NCBI GenBank assembly: GCA_964540535.1
Contig: CAZIMO010000002.1
Coordinates: forward strand, 216,705-280,704
Direction: 5' to 3'
DNA from: an uncultured Eubacteriales bacterium
GTDB taxonomy: Bacteria > Bacillota > Clostridia > Oscillospirales > Acutalibacteraceae
DNA: 64,000 bases
Positions 1-9,280 of the stretch are shown here, piece after piece. The position numbers and the translations under genes were made by a program. Under the pieces are notes generated by a model. It saw nothing but the letters and a program-made list of their open reading frames with translations, was not told the origin of the DNA and ran no database searches. Every line of letters starts with the position of its first letter. Positions within the stretch are counted from its first letter, which is position 1.

Positions 1-785
1 AGACTTCAAAGGTATGCTCGGCAGCTTTGGGCAGACTTATCACCGCCGCTTCAATGATGGGAGTTCTTTTAAAGGGCGAAAAAGATACCTTGACGCTTAA
101 AATCAACGGCGGCGGACCTGCTTCCCCTGTTGTTGCCGTTGCCAATTCAAAAGGTCAGGTTAAGGGCTACATCGGTGACAGAACCGTCAATCTGCCACTC
201 AACAAAAAGGGTAAGCTTGATGTTTCAGGCGCTGTGGGCCAATCGGGCTTTCTTACTGTAATTAAGGATTTGGGACTGAAAGAGCCTTATTGCGCTCAAA
301 CGCCTATTATTTCTGGTGAAATCGCCGAGGACATTACCGCATACTATGCCGCAAGCGAGCAGACGCCTACGGTTTGCGCTCTCGGCGTACTTGTTGACCC
401 AAACACAGAAGAAGTTTTGCTTGCAGGCGGATTTTTAATTCAGCTTTTGCCCACCGCTGACGAAAATACAATTTCACTTGTTGAAAAAGGTCTTGACGGA
501 GTTCGCCCTGTTACAACTATGCTTGCTGAAGGATTAACTCCCGAACAAATTTGCAAAACCGTACTTCCCGAATTTAAAATGCAGCTGCTTGACAGCGAAA
601 ATGTAGAGTATAAATGCGATTGCAGTGAAGAAAGAGTTACTGCGGCGCTTATAGGCGCAGGTGCAGAGGGTCTTTCTGAAATGGCTGAGGATGAAAACAC
701 TGAGGTCGTTTGCCATTTCTGCAATAAAAAATATATTTTCACCCGCGAAGATATATTGAAATTATTAGAAGACGCTTCAAAATAA
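1..785 (+). CDS. hslO: Hsp33 family redox-regulated chaperone (N-terminus upstream of window)
   Basis: Frame is open from base 3. C-terminal zinc-centre cysteines CDC...CHFC are typical of Hsp33. A hairpin terminator follows. Confidence 0.85.
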   Translation, partial: TSKVCSAALGRLITAASMMGVLLKGEKDTLTLKINGGGPASPVVAVANSKGQVKGYIGDRTVNLPLNKKGKLDVSGAVGQSGFLTVIKDLGLKEPYCAQTPIISGEIAEDITAYYAASEQTPTVCALGVLVDPNTEEVLLAGGFLIQLLPTADENTISLVEKGLDGVRPVTTMLAEGLTPEQICKTVLPEFKMQLLDSENVEYKCDCSEERVTAALIGAGAEGLSEMAEDENTEVVCHFCNKKYIFTREDILKLLEDASK

Positions 786-804
786 AATATACTGACAAAC
801 AAAA

Positions 805-830
805 AGTCCCACCGAAAAATCGGCGGGACT
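805..830. terminator. Bidirectional hairpin terminator between hslO and the ferredoxin gene
   Basis: AGTCCCACCG-aaaaat-CGGCGGGACT, flanked by an A-run and a T-run. Confidence 0.65.
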
Positions 831-846
831 TTTCATTTTAACCGAA

Positions 847-1017
847 TTAGTCAGCCTGAGGAGCTGAAACGGGGCAAGTATCTGCACAAGCACCGCAAGA
901 GATGCAAGTATCAGCATCAATTACATACTTGCTATCGCCTTCAGAGATAGCCTCAACGGGACAATCTGCTGCGCAAGCTCCGCAAGCGATGCACTCATCA
1001 CTAATTACATATGCCAT
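847..1017 (-). CDS. 2x[4Fe-4S] ferredoxin, 56 aa (shorter than the ORF-track cutoff)
   Basis: Translates to MAYVISDECIACGACAADCPVEAISEGDSKYVIDADTCISCGACADTCPVSAPQAD. It has two CxxCxxCxxxCP motifs and an SD GGGAGG 9 nt upstream of the ATG. Confidence 0.9.
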   Translation of the reverse strand: MAYVISDECIACGACAADCPVEAISEGDSKYVIDADTCISCGACADTCPVSAPQAD

Positions 1018-1085
1018 GATTATGTACCTCCCTCATAAGATATAACTACATTTTAACACATAAAGTGAAAAAATCAAGTACTAAA

Positions 1086-1949
1086 TTATTCAATTCCTTT
1101 TAAAGCTTCAAGTTCTTCTTTTTCAACACGGATTTTACCGTCTTTCAAGGTCTTTACGGAATGACGGTGAATAAGAAGCGGCGCGGCGTCCGGGCGACGG
1201 TCAAGGCTTACTTTGAGCATACCTGTAATGAGATTATTCTCAATTACCCTGCCCTTTCCCTCGGGAGTATCAACTATCGCGCCGACTTTCGGAGTAACAC
1301 GGAGAAGATGCTCGTAAGTGTCCTGTTCATATTTAAGACAGCACATAAGTCTGCCGCAGGTTCCGCTGATTTTCGCAGGGTTAAGAGAAATTCCCTGTTC
1401 CTTTGCCATTTTAATTGAAACGGGCTGAAAATCATTGAGAAAAGTATTACAGCAGAACGGTCTGCCACAGATACCAAATCCGCCTACCATACGGGATTCA
1501 TCACGGACACCGATTTGGCGAAGCTCAATTCTTGTTCTGAAAACAGACGCCAAATCCTTAACAAGTTCACGAAAATCAACTCTTCCGTCAGCAGTGAAAT
1601 AGAAAAGAATTTTACTGCGGTCAAATGTATATTCAACATCAACCAAATTCATTTCAAGACCGTGCGCAAGAATTTTTTCTTCGCATATTTTAAAAGCTTC
1701 TTTTTCTTTAGCCTTATTTTCTTCTAAATTCTTAATATCCTTTTCGGTTGCAATGCGAATAACTTTTTTGAGGGGGTTGGTTATATCGTCCTCATTCGTG
1801 CCGTGATTGGCTTTTGCAACCAATCCGCATTCCATTCCCCGAACAGTTTCTACTATGGCATAGTCGCCCTTATTAAAGCTTATTCCGTCAGCGTCAAAGT
1901 CATAAATTTTACCGCCGTCTTTAAATCTTATTCCAACAGTTTCTATCAT
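1086..1949 (-). CDS. ricT: PSP1-domain protein YaaT/RicT (stage 0 sporulation / RNase Y maturation complex)
   Basis: PSP1 C-terminal domain with the Cys cluster GICGRPFCC...CGRLMCCL. Conserved position downstream of holB. Confidence 0.8.
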   Translation of the reverse strand: MIETVGIRFKDGGKIYDFDADGISFNKGDYAIVETVRGMECGLVAKANHGTNEDDITNPLKKVIRIATEKDIKNLEENKAKEKEAFKICEEKILAHGLEMNLVDVEYTFDRSKILFYFTADGRVDFRELVKDLASVFRTRIELRQIGVRDESRMVGGFGICGRPFCCNTFLNDFQPVSIKMAKEQGISLNPAKISGTCGRLMCCLKYEQDTYEHLLRVTPKVGAIVDTPEGKGRVIENNLITGMLKVSLDRRPDAAPLLIHRHSVKTLKDGKIRVEKEELEALKGIE

Positions 1950-1964
1950 ATATTTACTCCTATT

Positions 1965-2834
1965 TTATCTTCCTATGGCTCTCTTGAATTCATAGCACAT
2001 ACGAATTACAAGCAGATTGTTGTTACAGTTGCGGTCAATGGACTCGGTAAGCTCATCGCACACAGCGCAAAGCTGTATAAGATTTTTAGCAGTTACCGAA
2101 TTTGAAAGAGTTACTGCCTCATTTTCAAACCGAAAATCACGCTCAAATCCGCTCTTTTTTACAAGCGCATCGCGAAATACCTCTGAAAGCAAGGTAAGCA
2201 CCGACTTTGCAAACTGATTATTCTTTTGAAAAACCGCTGTTTGCTCCATAAGCGCGGATTCATTGACATTAAGAAGCGCCGAAACAAAGCCTTTAACCGC
2301 ATTTTCTTCTTTTTCGCTGATTTCGCTCTCATCGCTTAAAAGCGAATACACCTGAACGCGTGACAGCACTGTTTCAAGCATAGTGCTTTTTGAGGTGGTT
2401 AAGATTATAAAAAACACATATAACGGCGGTTCTTCAAGAATTTTAAGAATTGCATTCTGCGCCTGTTCATTCATATTCTGTGCATTTTTTAAAATATATA
2501 TTTTGCGGTCGCTTTCGTTAGGAACGATAAATGCATCGTCACGGATTTCACGGACTGCGTCGACGGTAAAATTACGGCTTTTGCCTTTAACACCGTCAGT
2601 TTCGGTTATATCGGGATGTCCGTTCTTTTGCGCTTTTAAGCAGTCGGAGCATACACCGCAGGGCTTGCCGTTCCCTCGGCAAACAAGACATTTCGCAATA
2701 AACCGAGCAAAGCTCTCGCCCTCTTTTTCGTTCTGACACTCCACCAAAACTCCGTGAGGAAAGCTCCCTTGCTCAACCGAGGACTGCACCGCACCGTAAA
2801 GCTTATTAAGTTTTTGTAAAGCCTCGTTTGTCAT
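1965..2834 (-). CDS. holB: DNA polymerase III delta-prime subunit
   Basis: Clamp-loader AAA+ fold with zinc module CxxC..CGVCSDC. Sits in yaaQ-holB-yaaT synteny. Confidence 0.8.
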   Translation of the reverse strand: MTNEALQKLNKLYGAVQSSVEQGSFPHGVLVECQNEKEGESFARFIAKCLVCRGNGKPCGVCSDCLKAQKNGHPDITETDGVKGKSRNFTVDAVREIRDDAFIVPNESDRKIYILKNAQNMNEQAQNAILKILEEPPLYVFFIILTTSKSTMLETVLSRVQVYSLLSDESEISEKEENAVKGFVSALLNVNESALMEQTAVFQKNNQFAKSVLTLLSEVFRDALVKKSGFERDFRFENEAVTLSNSVTAKNLIQLCAVCDELTESIDRNCNNNLLVIRMCYEFKRAIGR

Positions 2835-3157
2835 ATCTTGTAAAACTGCTCAACATCAAGCACAAAAATCGTAGCTCCGCCGACAGTGACTTGAATAGGC
2901 ATTGATGAAAGCATGGACTCTCCTATATATGTAGTATTGACAGGAGTGATTTTTTTACGCTGACTGCTATGCTCGCCGATGATATTTGTAACCTCATCAA
3001 CCTTTCTGTCTTCAACACCTATCAAAAGCGTAACATTTCCCGCACGCAAAAAACCGCCCGAAGTTGAAAGCCTTGTTGCAGAGTAGCCGTTTTCTGTAAG
3101 TCCGTTCATAACGGCATTAGCATCATCATTATTGATAATTGCAATTATAAGTTTCAT
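2831..3157 (-). CDS. darA: PII-like cyclic-di-AMP receptor (YaaQ/DarA family)
   Basis: 108 aa. N-terminus MKLIIAIINNDDA..GYSATRLSTSGGFLR is typical of YaaQ. Overlaps the holB start by 4 nt. Confidence 0.75.
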   Translation of the reverse strand: MKLIIAIINNDDANAVMNGLTENGYSATRLSTSGGFLRAGNVTLLIGVEDRKVDEVTNIIGEHSSQRKKITPVNTTYIGESMLSSMPIQVTVGGATIFVLDVEQFYKI

Positions 3158-3202
3158 AAAATCGCTCCTGTTTTACAAAATTTTAAGCTGTGAATTTTGC
3201 TG

Positions 3203-4144
3203 TTACTGTAATATTTGTGCTATCGCTATCATTATAGGCATTGTTAAAATTGAAAGTATGCTTACAAGAGATGTCACTTTTGAAGCAAGGGCTGTGTCTC
3301 GGTTGTATTTTGCCGCAAACATCACTGTGTTGTTTGCTGTCGGCGAAGAAGCGCTAAGCGCGCAGGCCGCAATTAATGTTCCGCCAAAACCTAAAAGCTT
3401 TAACCCAAAAATTGTTATAAGAGGCATTGCTATAATTTTAAGCACCGCCGTACCCCATATTCTTTTATCTGAAAAAAGAGTTTTCCAATCGGCAGAGGCG
3501 AGATATGTGCCGAACATTACCATTGCGAGAGGTGTGTTTAAATCAGCAAGGTATGAAATTGGCTGATAAATAACATCGGGCAGTTTTGCTTTCAGCAAAA
3601 ACAACGGTAATGCAATGCCTACACCTATTACACCGGGATTTATAATAAGCTTTTTCAGATTAAATTTACTGTTTTTGCCCTTTTTCTGCATAAGGCTCAC
3701 GCCGTGAGAGAAAGAAAGAATATTAAACGGTATCAATATTACAGAGCAATAGAACACGCCCTCGTCGCCGAGCACCGCCTCAGCAAGAGGCAACGCCATA
3801 TACCCCACATTGCCGTAGCAGGAAGCATATTTAAAAATACAGGCAGTATCACTGTCGCCTCTATTGAAAAATATTTTAGCAAAAATCATACCGACAATAT
3901 GGAAAAATACTCCGCCAACCAGCGCAAGCAAAAGTCCCTTTAAAGACTCACGGCTGTATTCCATACTCATAAACGATCGTATGATAATTGCAGGGGCTAC
4001 AATGTAAAACAGCAGGTCAGTTGTCATTCGTGAAGCTTTTTCTGTATAAATGCCGATTTTATGACAAATAAATCCCACAGCGGCTATCAAGAAAAGAATT
4101 ACAACCTGCGTAAATGCCGTAATTACATTAGTTAAAAACAGCAT
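3203..4144 (-). CDS. AEC (auxin efflux carrier) family permease
   Basis: About 10 TM segments. Size and end motifs fit AEC/malate-permease-like transporters. Confidence 0.7.
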   Translation of the reverse strand: MLFLTNVITAFTQVVILFLIAAVGFICHKIGIYTEKASRMTTDLLFYIVAPAIIIRSFMSMEYSRESLKGLLLALVGGVFFHIVGMIFAKIFFNRGDSDTACIFKYASCYGNVGYMALPLAEAVLGDEGVFYCSVILIPFNILSFSHGVSLMQKKGKNSKFNLKKLIINPGVIGVGIALPLFLLKAKLPDVIYQPISYLADLNTPLAMVMFGTYLASADWKTLFSDKRIWGTAVLKIIAMPLITIFGLKLLGFGGTLIAACALSASSPTANNTVMFAAKYNRDTALASKVTSLVSILSILTMPIMIAIAQILQ

Positions 4145-4149
4145 TTACT

Positions 4150-5085
4150 TCAGCCCTCTTCACCATCATCGGTAATTTCGTATATGACAGGCGGAATATC
4201 CTCGTCAGACTCGCCTAAAATCTCAAAAGAGTCGTTACTCTTCGCCGCTTTCATTGAGTTAACAATGTAACAAACTGCGAAAAATGCAAATCCAAAATCG
4301 CAGAGCGCAAAAGGAAATTCCTCGGGTAAAACACCGCCGTTTCCTGTGATAATAACAACAAGTCTGGGCAAATTAGCCGCCGCACATAAAAACGCCGACG
4401 CAAAGCCTGCCGCCCAAAGCGAACGCATAGACTTTTTGTTTGAAAGTCCTGATGAAATTCTTGCGAAGCTTAATAAAAACAGCATCATAAATGCAATGGC
4501 GAAAAGCTCAAGCATAAGGTCAGAAACATTTACATAAGAAATCTTCTTGACAAAACGCATAACAAGTCTTACCGCCGCCCATACAAGAGGACAAAGCGCC
4601 AACAGCTTGTATTTTGAATATGTTGTTCTGCCGTCGATATAAGAAATACCGAAAACGATAATATAAATTGCCGCTAAAATTCCGAAAATTCCTTGAAACA
4701 AAGTAGGAACTATGCTGATTTCATGTGTTAAATAGCCCTGTTTTACAAGAATAAGCGTTGAAAATGCAGTAACTGCATCTGCTACAATGCCTACTCCGAA
4801 AACAAACGAAGCCGTAGCCAAAAGCTTATTTTTTCTGTAAACCGCACGGGATTCGGGTACACTTTTTGCAAGCAATGTGAGTACATAAGGCGCAAGCACT
4901 GCAAGAATGCAAACAGCATACATAAGATAAACCGACCAATTGATTTCTTTATAAAAGCCTGTATCGCTTTCAATCAATGACAAAAGCTGATAAACTCTGA
5001 AAGGAATTGCAACGCACAGAAGTCCTGCGGTTATATAAAGAGAATACAAAGGATTTATTTTTTCTGAACTTCCTATTACTTTCAT
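4150..5085 (-). CDS. Polytopic membrane protein with acidic C-terminal tail, function unknown
   Basis: Eight or more hydrophobic segments. Tightly packed between the AEC permease and citrate synthase genes. Confidence 0.5.
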   Translation of the reverse strand: MKVIGSSEKINPLYSLYITAGLLCVAIPFRVYQLLSLIESDTGFYKEINWSVYLMYAVCILAVLAPYVLTLLAKSVPESRAVYRKNKLLATASFVFGVGIVADAVTAFSTLILVKQGYLTHEISIVPTLFQGIFGILAAIYIIVFGISYIDGRTTYSKYKLLALCPLVWAAVRLVMRFVKKISYVNVSDLMLELFAIAFMMLFLLSFARISSGLSNKKSMRSLWAAGFASAFLCAAANLPRLVVIITGNGGVLPEEFPFALCDFGFAFFAVCYIVNSMKAAKSNDSFEILGESDEDIPPVIYEITDDGEEG

Positions 5086-5093
5086 AATACTGA

Positions 5094-6509
5094 TTACCTT
5101 TCTTCAATAGGAATATATTCCTTTTGAATACCGTCTGTACGAAGAATTCTGTTTTCCATAGGCACATAAGCGCGAGGAATAGTAACATTCTTATAAGCAG
5201 GACGGATAATTCTGCCTCCGTTTGTGATTTCTTCAATACGGTGCGCCGACCAGCCTGCCATACGGGCGGCTGTAAAGAGCGGTGTGAAAAGATCCTGCGG
5301 AATACCAAGCATATCGTAAACAAGACCCGAATACAAGTCAACATTTGCGCAGATTTTCTTTTTATCGCCGCGGTATTTTGCAAAAAGCACAGGAGTAAGC
5401 GTTTCAACAAGATTTAAAAGTTTGAATTCATCTTCTCTGCCTGTCTTTTTTGAGAATTCCTCGGCATAACGGCGAAGAATAAGCGCGCGGGGGTCTGAAA
5501 GAGTATAAACTGCGTGACCCATACCGTAAACAAGACCAGAGCCGTCGCCTGCTTCTTTGTGCATAATTTTTGTAAGATAATCGGCAACCTGACCCTCATC
5601 GGTAATATTTGTAATATTCCGCTTCATATCCTCAACCATTTTATGAACCTTAATATTTGCGCCGCCGTGACGGGGTCCTTTAAGCGAGCCGATACCTGCG
5701 GCAATTGCAGAATATGTATCTGTTCCGCTTGAGGTGATACAGCGCGTGGTAAAGGTTGAGTTGTTACCGCCGCCATGTTCTGCGTGGATAATCATACAAA
5801 TGTCGAGAAGCTTTGCCTCTTCGTCTGTAAAGTGCTTATCACTGCGTACCGAACGCAAAATACTTTCAGCAGTTCCCAATTCCTTTTTGTTTTGATGCAT
5901 ATACATACTCTTTTTATCATAAACACGGCGTTTAACCTGATAAGCCGCAGTCATAATTACAGGAACCTGCGCAATAAGCTGAATACACTGACGAAGCACA
6001 TTTTCGGGCGAAATATCATCAGGATTGGGGTCATATGAATAGAGCGCCAACACGCTTCTTGCTATTTTATTCATAACATCCGGCGAGGGTGCTTTCATAA
6101 TCATATCTTCAATAAATTCGTCGGGAAGCTCACGGCACTCTGCAAGCACCTCTGTAAAGCGTGCAAGCTGTTCTTTTGTGGGGAGCGTACCGAAAATAAG
6201 AAGCCACACAACCTCTTCATAGCCGAAGCGGTTTTCTTTTTCGCAACTTGCAACTATATCGTTCATATTGATTCCACGGTAAACAAGCCGGCCGTCTTTA
6301 GGTACTTTTTCACCGTCGTCTATATAATAGCCTTCAACAGAGCAAACCCGAGTAAGACCTGCAAGCACGCCTGTGCCGTCATAATTGCGAAGTCCCCTTT
6401 TTACTTCAAATCTGTTGTAATAATCGGGATTTATATAGTTATTTTTGCGAAGCTCCTCGCATAAAGTTGAAAGAGCATCATTAGAGATATTTGAAATGTA
6501 TTCTGACAT
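5094..6509 (-). CDS. Citrate synthase
   Basis: Citrate synthase signatures HAEHGGGNNSTF, GPRHGGA and GMGHAVY. Confidence 0.9.
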   Translation of the reverse strand: MSEYISNISNDALSTLCEELRKNNYINPDYYNRFEVKRGLRNYDGTGVLAGLTRVCSVEGYYIDDGEKVPKDGRLVYRGINMNDIVASCEKENRFGYEEVVWLLIFGTLPTKEQLARFTEVLAECRELPDEFIEDMIMKAPSPDVMNKIARSVLALYSYDPNPDDISPENVLRQCIQLIAQVPVIMTAAYQVKRRVYDKKSMYMHQNKKELGTAESILRSVRSDKHFTDEEAKLLDICMIIHAEHGGGNNSTFTTRCITSSGTDTYSAIAAGIGSLKGPRHGGANIKVHKMVEDMKRNITNITDEGQVADYLTKIMHKEAGDGSGLVYGMGHAVYTLSDPRALILRRYAEEFSKKTGREDEFKLLNLVETLTPVLFAKYRGDKKKICANVDLYSGLVYDMLGIPQDLFTPLFTAARMAGWSAHRIEEITNGGRIIRPAYKNVTIPRAYVPMENRILRTDGIQKEYIPIEER

Positions 6510-6618
6510 ATTTTACCTCCTTGCAGAAAAATTACGATTATCAAAAATCAATATAAATATACATTATATATTTTAATACATTCAAGGACTAAAGTCAACA
6601 AAAAGGGAGCGATAAAAA

Positions 6619-7587
6619 ATGAAAAGTTACAGTATGATTTGTTTTTTCTTGAGCCTTGCCATGATACTTTGCCCGCTTTGCTCGGTAGAGAAAGCGACAG
6701 ATGTTATCTCGCAGGAGCTTTTAGGCGATGAAATAACTCTGCCGACAGAAGAAACAGCAGTGGCGACTGTAAAGGTTATGAACGCAAGCAGCAAAAATAT
6801 TACAGAAATGTCATTGCGAGATTATCTTATCGGCGTGGTGGCGTCTGAAATCAATGCGGCTTATCACGAAGAAGCCATAAAAGCGCAGATAATAGCGGCG
6901 CACACAATGCTTTTATATTCAAAGGAACACAAGAATGACGGACTTAACGGCGCGGACATCAGCGACAGCAGTGCTACGCATCAAGGATTTTTGACAAAAG
7001 ACGCTCAAGCTGAAAAATGGGGCAATAATTATGAAGCAAACCGTGAGAAAATTGAAAAATGCGTTGACGAAGTAATTGATTTGACGGTTCAGTATAACGG
7101 CGAACCGATAAACGCAGTTTTTCATTCAATCAGCAACGGGCAAACCGAGAACGCAACAGATGTTTGGGGCGGTGAATACCCATATTTGATTTCAGTGAAC
7201 AGTGTGGGCGACAAGCTGTCCCCTGCTTACAGCTCCGAAACAAAGATAACGGCTGAAAAATTCAAGGAAACCGTTACAAAAGAGGGCGCTGAATTAAAAG
7301 AAAAGCCCGATGACTATATCGGTAAAATTACCAATACAGACACGGGAATGGTGAAAACAATTGTTATAGGCGATAAAACCTTTAAGGGTACTGAAATCCG
7401 CGCGCTTTTCGGACTGAAAAGCAGTACATTCACGGTGAAATATAATGACGGAAATTTTATTTTCACCGTCAGCGGATACGGACACGGCGTGGGTATGAGC
7501 CAATACGGCGCAGACTATATGGCGCGGCAGGGCTTCACCTATACCGAAATTTTAAAGCATTATTATACGGGAACGGAAATAAAATAA
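6619..7587 (+). CDS. spoIID: Stage II sporulation protein D (SpoIID/LytB domain)
   Basis: Signal/TM N-terminus. SpoIID motifs EAIKAQIIAAHT and GYGHGVGMSQYGA. RBS AAAGGGAG. Confidence 0.9.
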   Translation: MKSYSMICFFLSLAMILCPLCSVEKATDVISQELLGDEITLPTEETAVATVKVMNASSKNITEMSLRDYLIGVVASEINAAYHEEAIKAQIIAAHTMLLYSKEHKNDGLNGADISDSSATHQGFLTKDAQAEKWGNNYEANREKIEKCVDEVIDLTVQYNGEPINAVFHSISNGQTENATDVWGGEYPYLISVNSVGDKLSPAYSSETKITAEKFKETVTKEGAELKEKPDDYIGKITNTDTGMVKTIVIGDKTFKGTEIRALFGLKSSTFTVKYNDGNFIFTVSGYGHGVGMSQYGADYMARQGFTYTEILKHYYTGTEIK

Positions 7588-7637
7588 TTCAGCATAAAAA
7601 ATCGACGAGGACTTTTTCCCTCGCCGTTGCTTTGTAT

Positions 7638-8816
7638 TTAATTTGATTTTTTCTTTAATCCCAGCAATACTGCACCGCTGAATATCATTGCAACAAATGC
7701 CGCACTGACTGATGTATTGTAATCTGTATTTGGGATTTCAACATCTGTTACAAGGTTATCAGAGCCTGTGTTATTGCCTGTGTTGCTTGTATCAGCATTT
7801 TTAATTTCAAAGTCAGTGACCGCCTCGCCGTCAGTGAATACAATTGAAACAGTATGCTTGCCCGCATCAAGAGTTTTAAGATAATCTGCCTTAAATTCAA
7901 TTATCGTACTGCCCTCGGTTGCGGTATAATTACTGCTGTCAACAGGCTTGCCGTCAACCTTAACACCTGTGAACTTGCTGAACTCGCCGTCAGCTCTGAC
8001 TGTAAGAGAATTTGAAGTTACAACAGAATTTGCACCATCGATTATGTTATAATTTATCGGTGCCTTATAATTTATATCTAATAACGAAATATCAATTTTT
8101 TCAATGTCAGCAGGGACATTATCATTACAATAACATTCCTTAATAGTATCCCAATAACTTCCGTATTTAAACGAAATCAAATCGTATGGGGATTCAAAAC
8201 CGTTAGCACATTTTCTACCATAGCCAAAATAGAATTCCACTTTTGCAAGACAAATATCATCTTCATCATAATGGTACTTGCAAGAACCGTCATCAAAAAT
8301 ATATGTTGTACATACCTTTATACTATCTTTAGGATTAGATACGCCTACAGCATCTCTTGTTTGGCGAACTATACTTCTATTTTGAGGGTAAGAAAATGAA
8401 TATGTAAATACTTCATTTGCTTTGTACTCATCAGAACCTGCCTCACCGCCTGCACCGCCAAAATCTCCGTGTGCAATTTTTCCTGTCAGATACTCCCCAA
8501 CTTGTTTTATTTTTACTTCTCCGCCATTTTCAAGAAAAGCAAAACGGTAAACGGGAAACTCAGTTTCAGTTCCTATATCTCCTAATATAGTGCAATCTTG
8601 ATATACCACACCGACTTTTTCGTAAACTCCTGTCAATTCGTATGTCACATCTGTACCGGGGATTTTAACCGTTACATTCTCAACATAGTTATAATCTATG
8701 TCTGTGCCGGGTATTTTTGACGCTACTCTTTTGAGGGGTTCTGACGCTGTTGCGGAAGTTATAACGGATAAACACATTACAACTGCCAATGCTAATGTTA
8801 TAGTTTTCTTCTTCAT
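7638..8816 (-). CDS. Secreted protein with C-terminal membrane anchor, function unknown
   Basis: The likely start is MKKKTITLALAV (signal peptide). The track's longer start at 8981 reads antisense through repeat copy D. C-terminal hydrophobic helix followed by KKKSN. Confidence 0.55.
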   Translation of the reverse strand: MKKKTITLALAVVMCLSVITSATASEPLKRVASKIPGTDIDYNYVENVTVKIPGTDVTYELTGVYEKVGVVYQDCTILGDIGTETEFPVYRFAFLENGGEVKIKQVGEYLTGKIAHGDFGGAGGEAGSDEYKANEVFTYSFSYPQNRSIVRQTRDAVGVSNPKDSIKVCTTYIFDDGSCKYHYDEDDICLAKVEFYFGYGRKCANGFESPYDLISFKYGSYWDTIKECYCNDNVPADIEKIDISLLDINYKAPINYNIIDGANSVVTSNSLTVRADGEFSKFTGVKVDGKPVDSSNYTATEGSTIIEFKADYLKTLDAGKHTVSIVFTDGEAVTDFEIKNADTSNTGNNTGSDNLVTDVEIPNTDYNTSVSAAFVAMIFSGAVLLGLKKKSN

Positions 8817-8933
8817 TTTAATTGTCCTTTCAAACTTTTTTCTAATTCTATCACATAATTTTTGAAATTGCAATACATTTGCATTACATTTGTTATGCAA
8901 ATAATAAATATATTCATATATATAATAACATTG

Positions 8934-9032
8934 CAGAGATGATAACATAAAAAATACAACGAAAGGAACGATACCGTGCATAAAATGCTGTTTTTAACGG
9001 CTCTTTGTGCCAATTCTGTATTGCATGGCGAT
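8934..9032 (+). repeat. Copy D of the dispersed ~88-nt leader element (most diverged copy)
   Basis: AAAAATACAACGAAAGGAACGATACCGTGCATAAAATGCTGTTTTTAACGGCTCTTTGTGCCAATTCTGTATTGCATGGCGAT, then tttt-ATG of the next gene. Confidence 0.85.
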
Positions 9033-9036
9033 TTTT

Positions 9037-9219
9037 ATGAAAAAGTTTAAAATACCTTCTATTCCCCCCACAACAAGCAAGTGCATTCGTTTTCCCAACG
9101 ATTTAATTGAAGAGGTTGAAACGGCAATTGTGGGTAAAAACTGCACATTCACTGCATTTGTAATTGAGGCGGTAAGAGTTGCCTTGGAAAATTTAAAAGA
9201 AGAAGACGAAAACGAATAA
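9037..9219 (+). CDS. Small ribbon-helix-helix-like DNA-binding protein (60 aa)
   Basis: IRFPNDLIEEVETAI...AFVIEAVRVALE resembles a CopG/Arc-type RHH. Start taken at MKKFK, immediately after the element. Confidence 0.5.
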   Translation: MKKFKIPSIPPTTSKCIRFPNDLIEEVETAIVGKNCTFTAFVIEAVRVALENLKEEDENE

Positions 9220-9280
9220 AAAAACGGCAGAGATAATTCTCCGCCGTAATTATATTCTCCCTTTAGCAAGGGGGAATTTT

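Noticed and set aside
7638-8981. Long N-terminal extensions in the track for 7638-8981, 12865-13872, 37209-37628, 41477-43978 and 9007-9219
   Set aside because: The extra codons are read-through of the 88-nt repeat in either strand (MHGIVPFVVFF.., ..ILYRMAI.., MAII..). Genuine starts with signal peptides or family-typical N-termini lie downstream.
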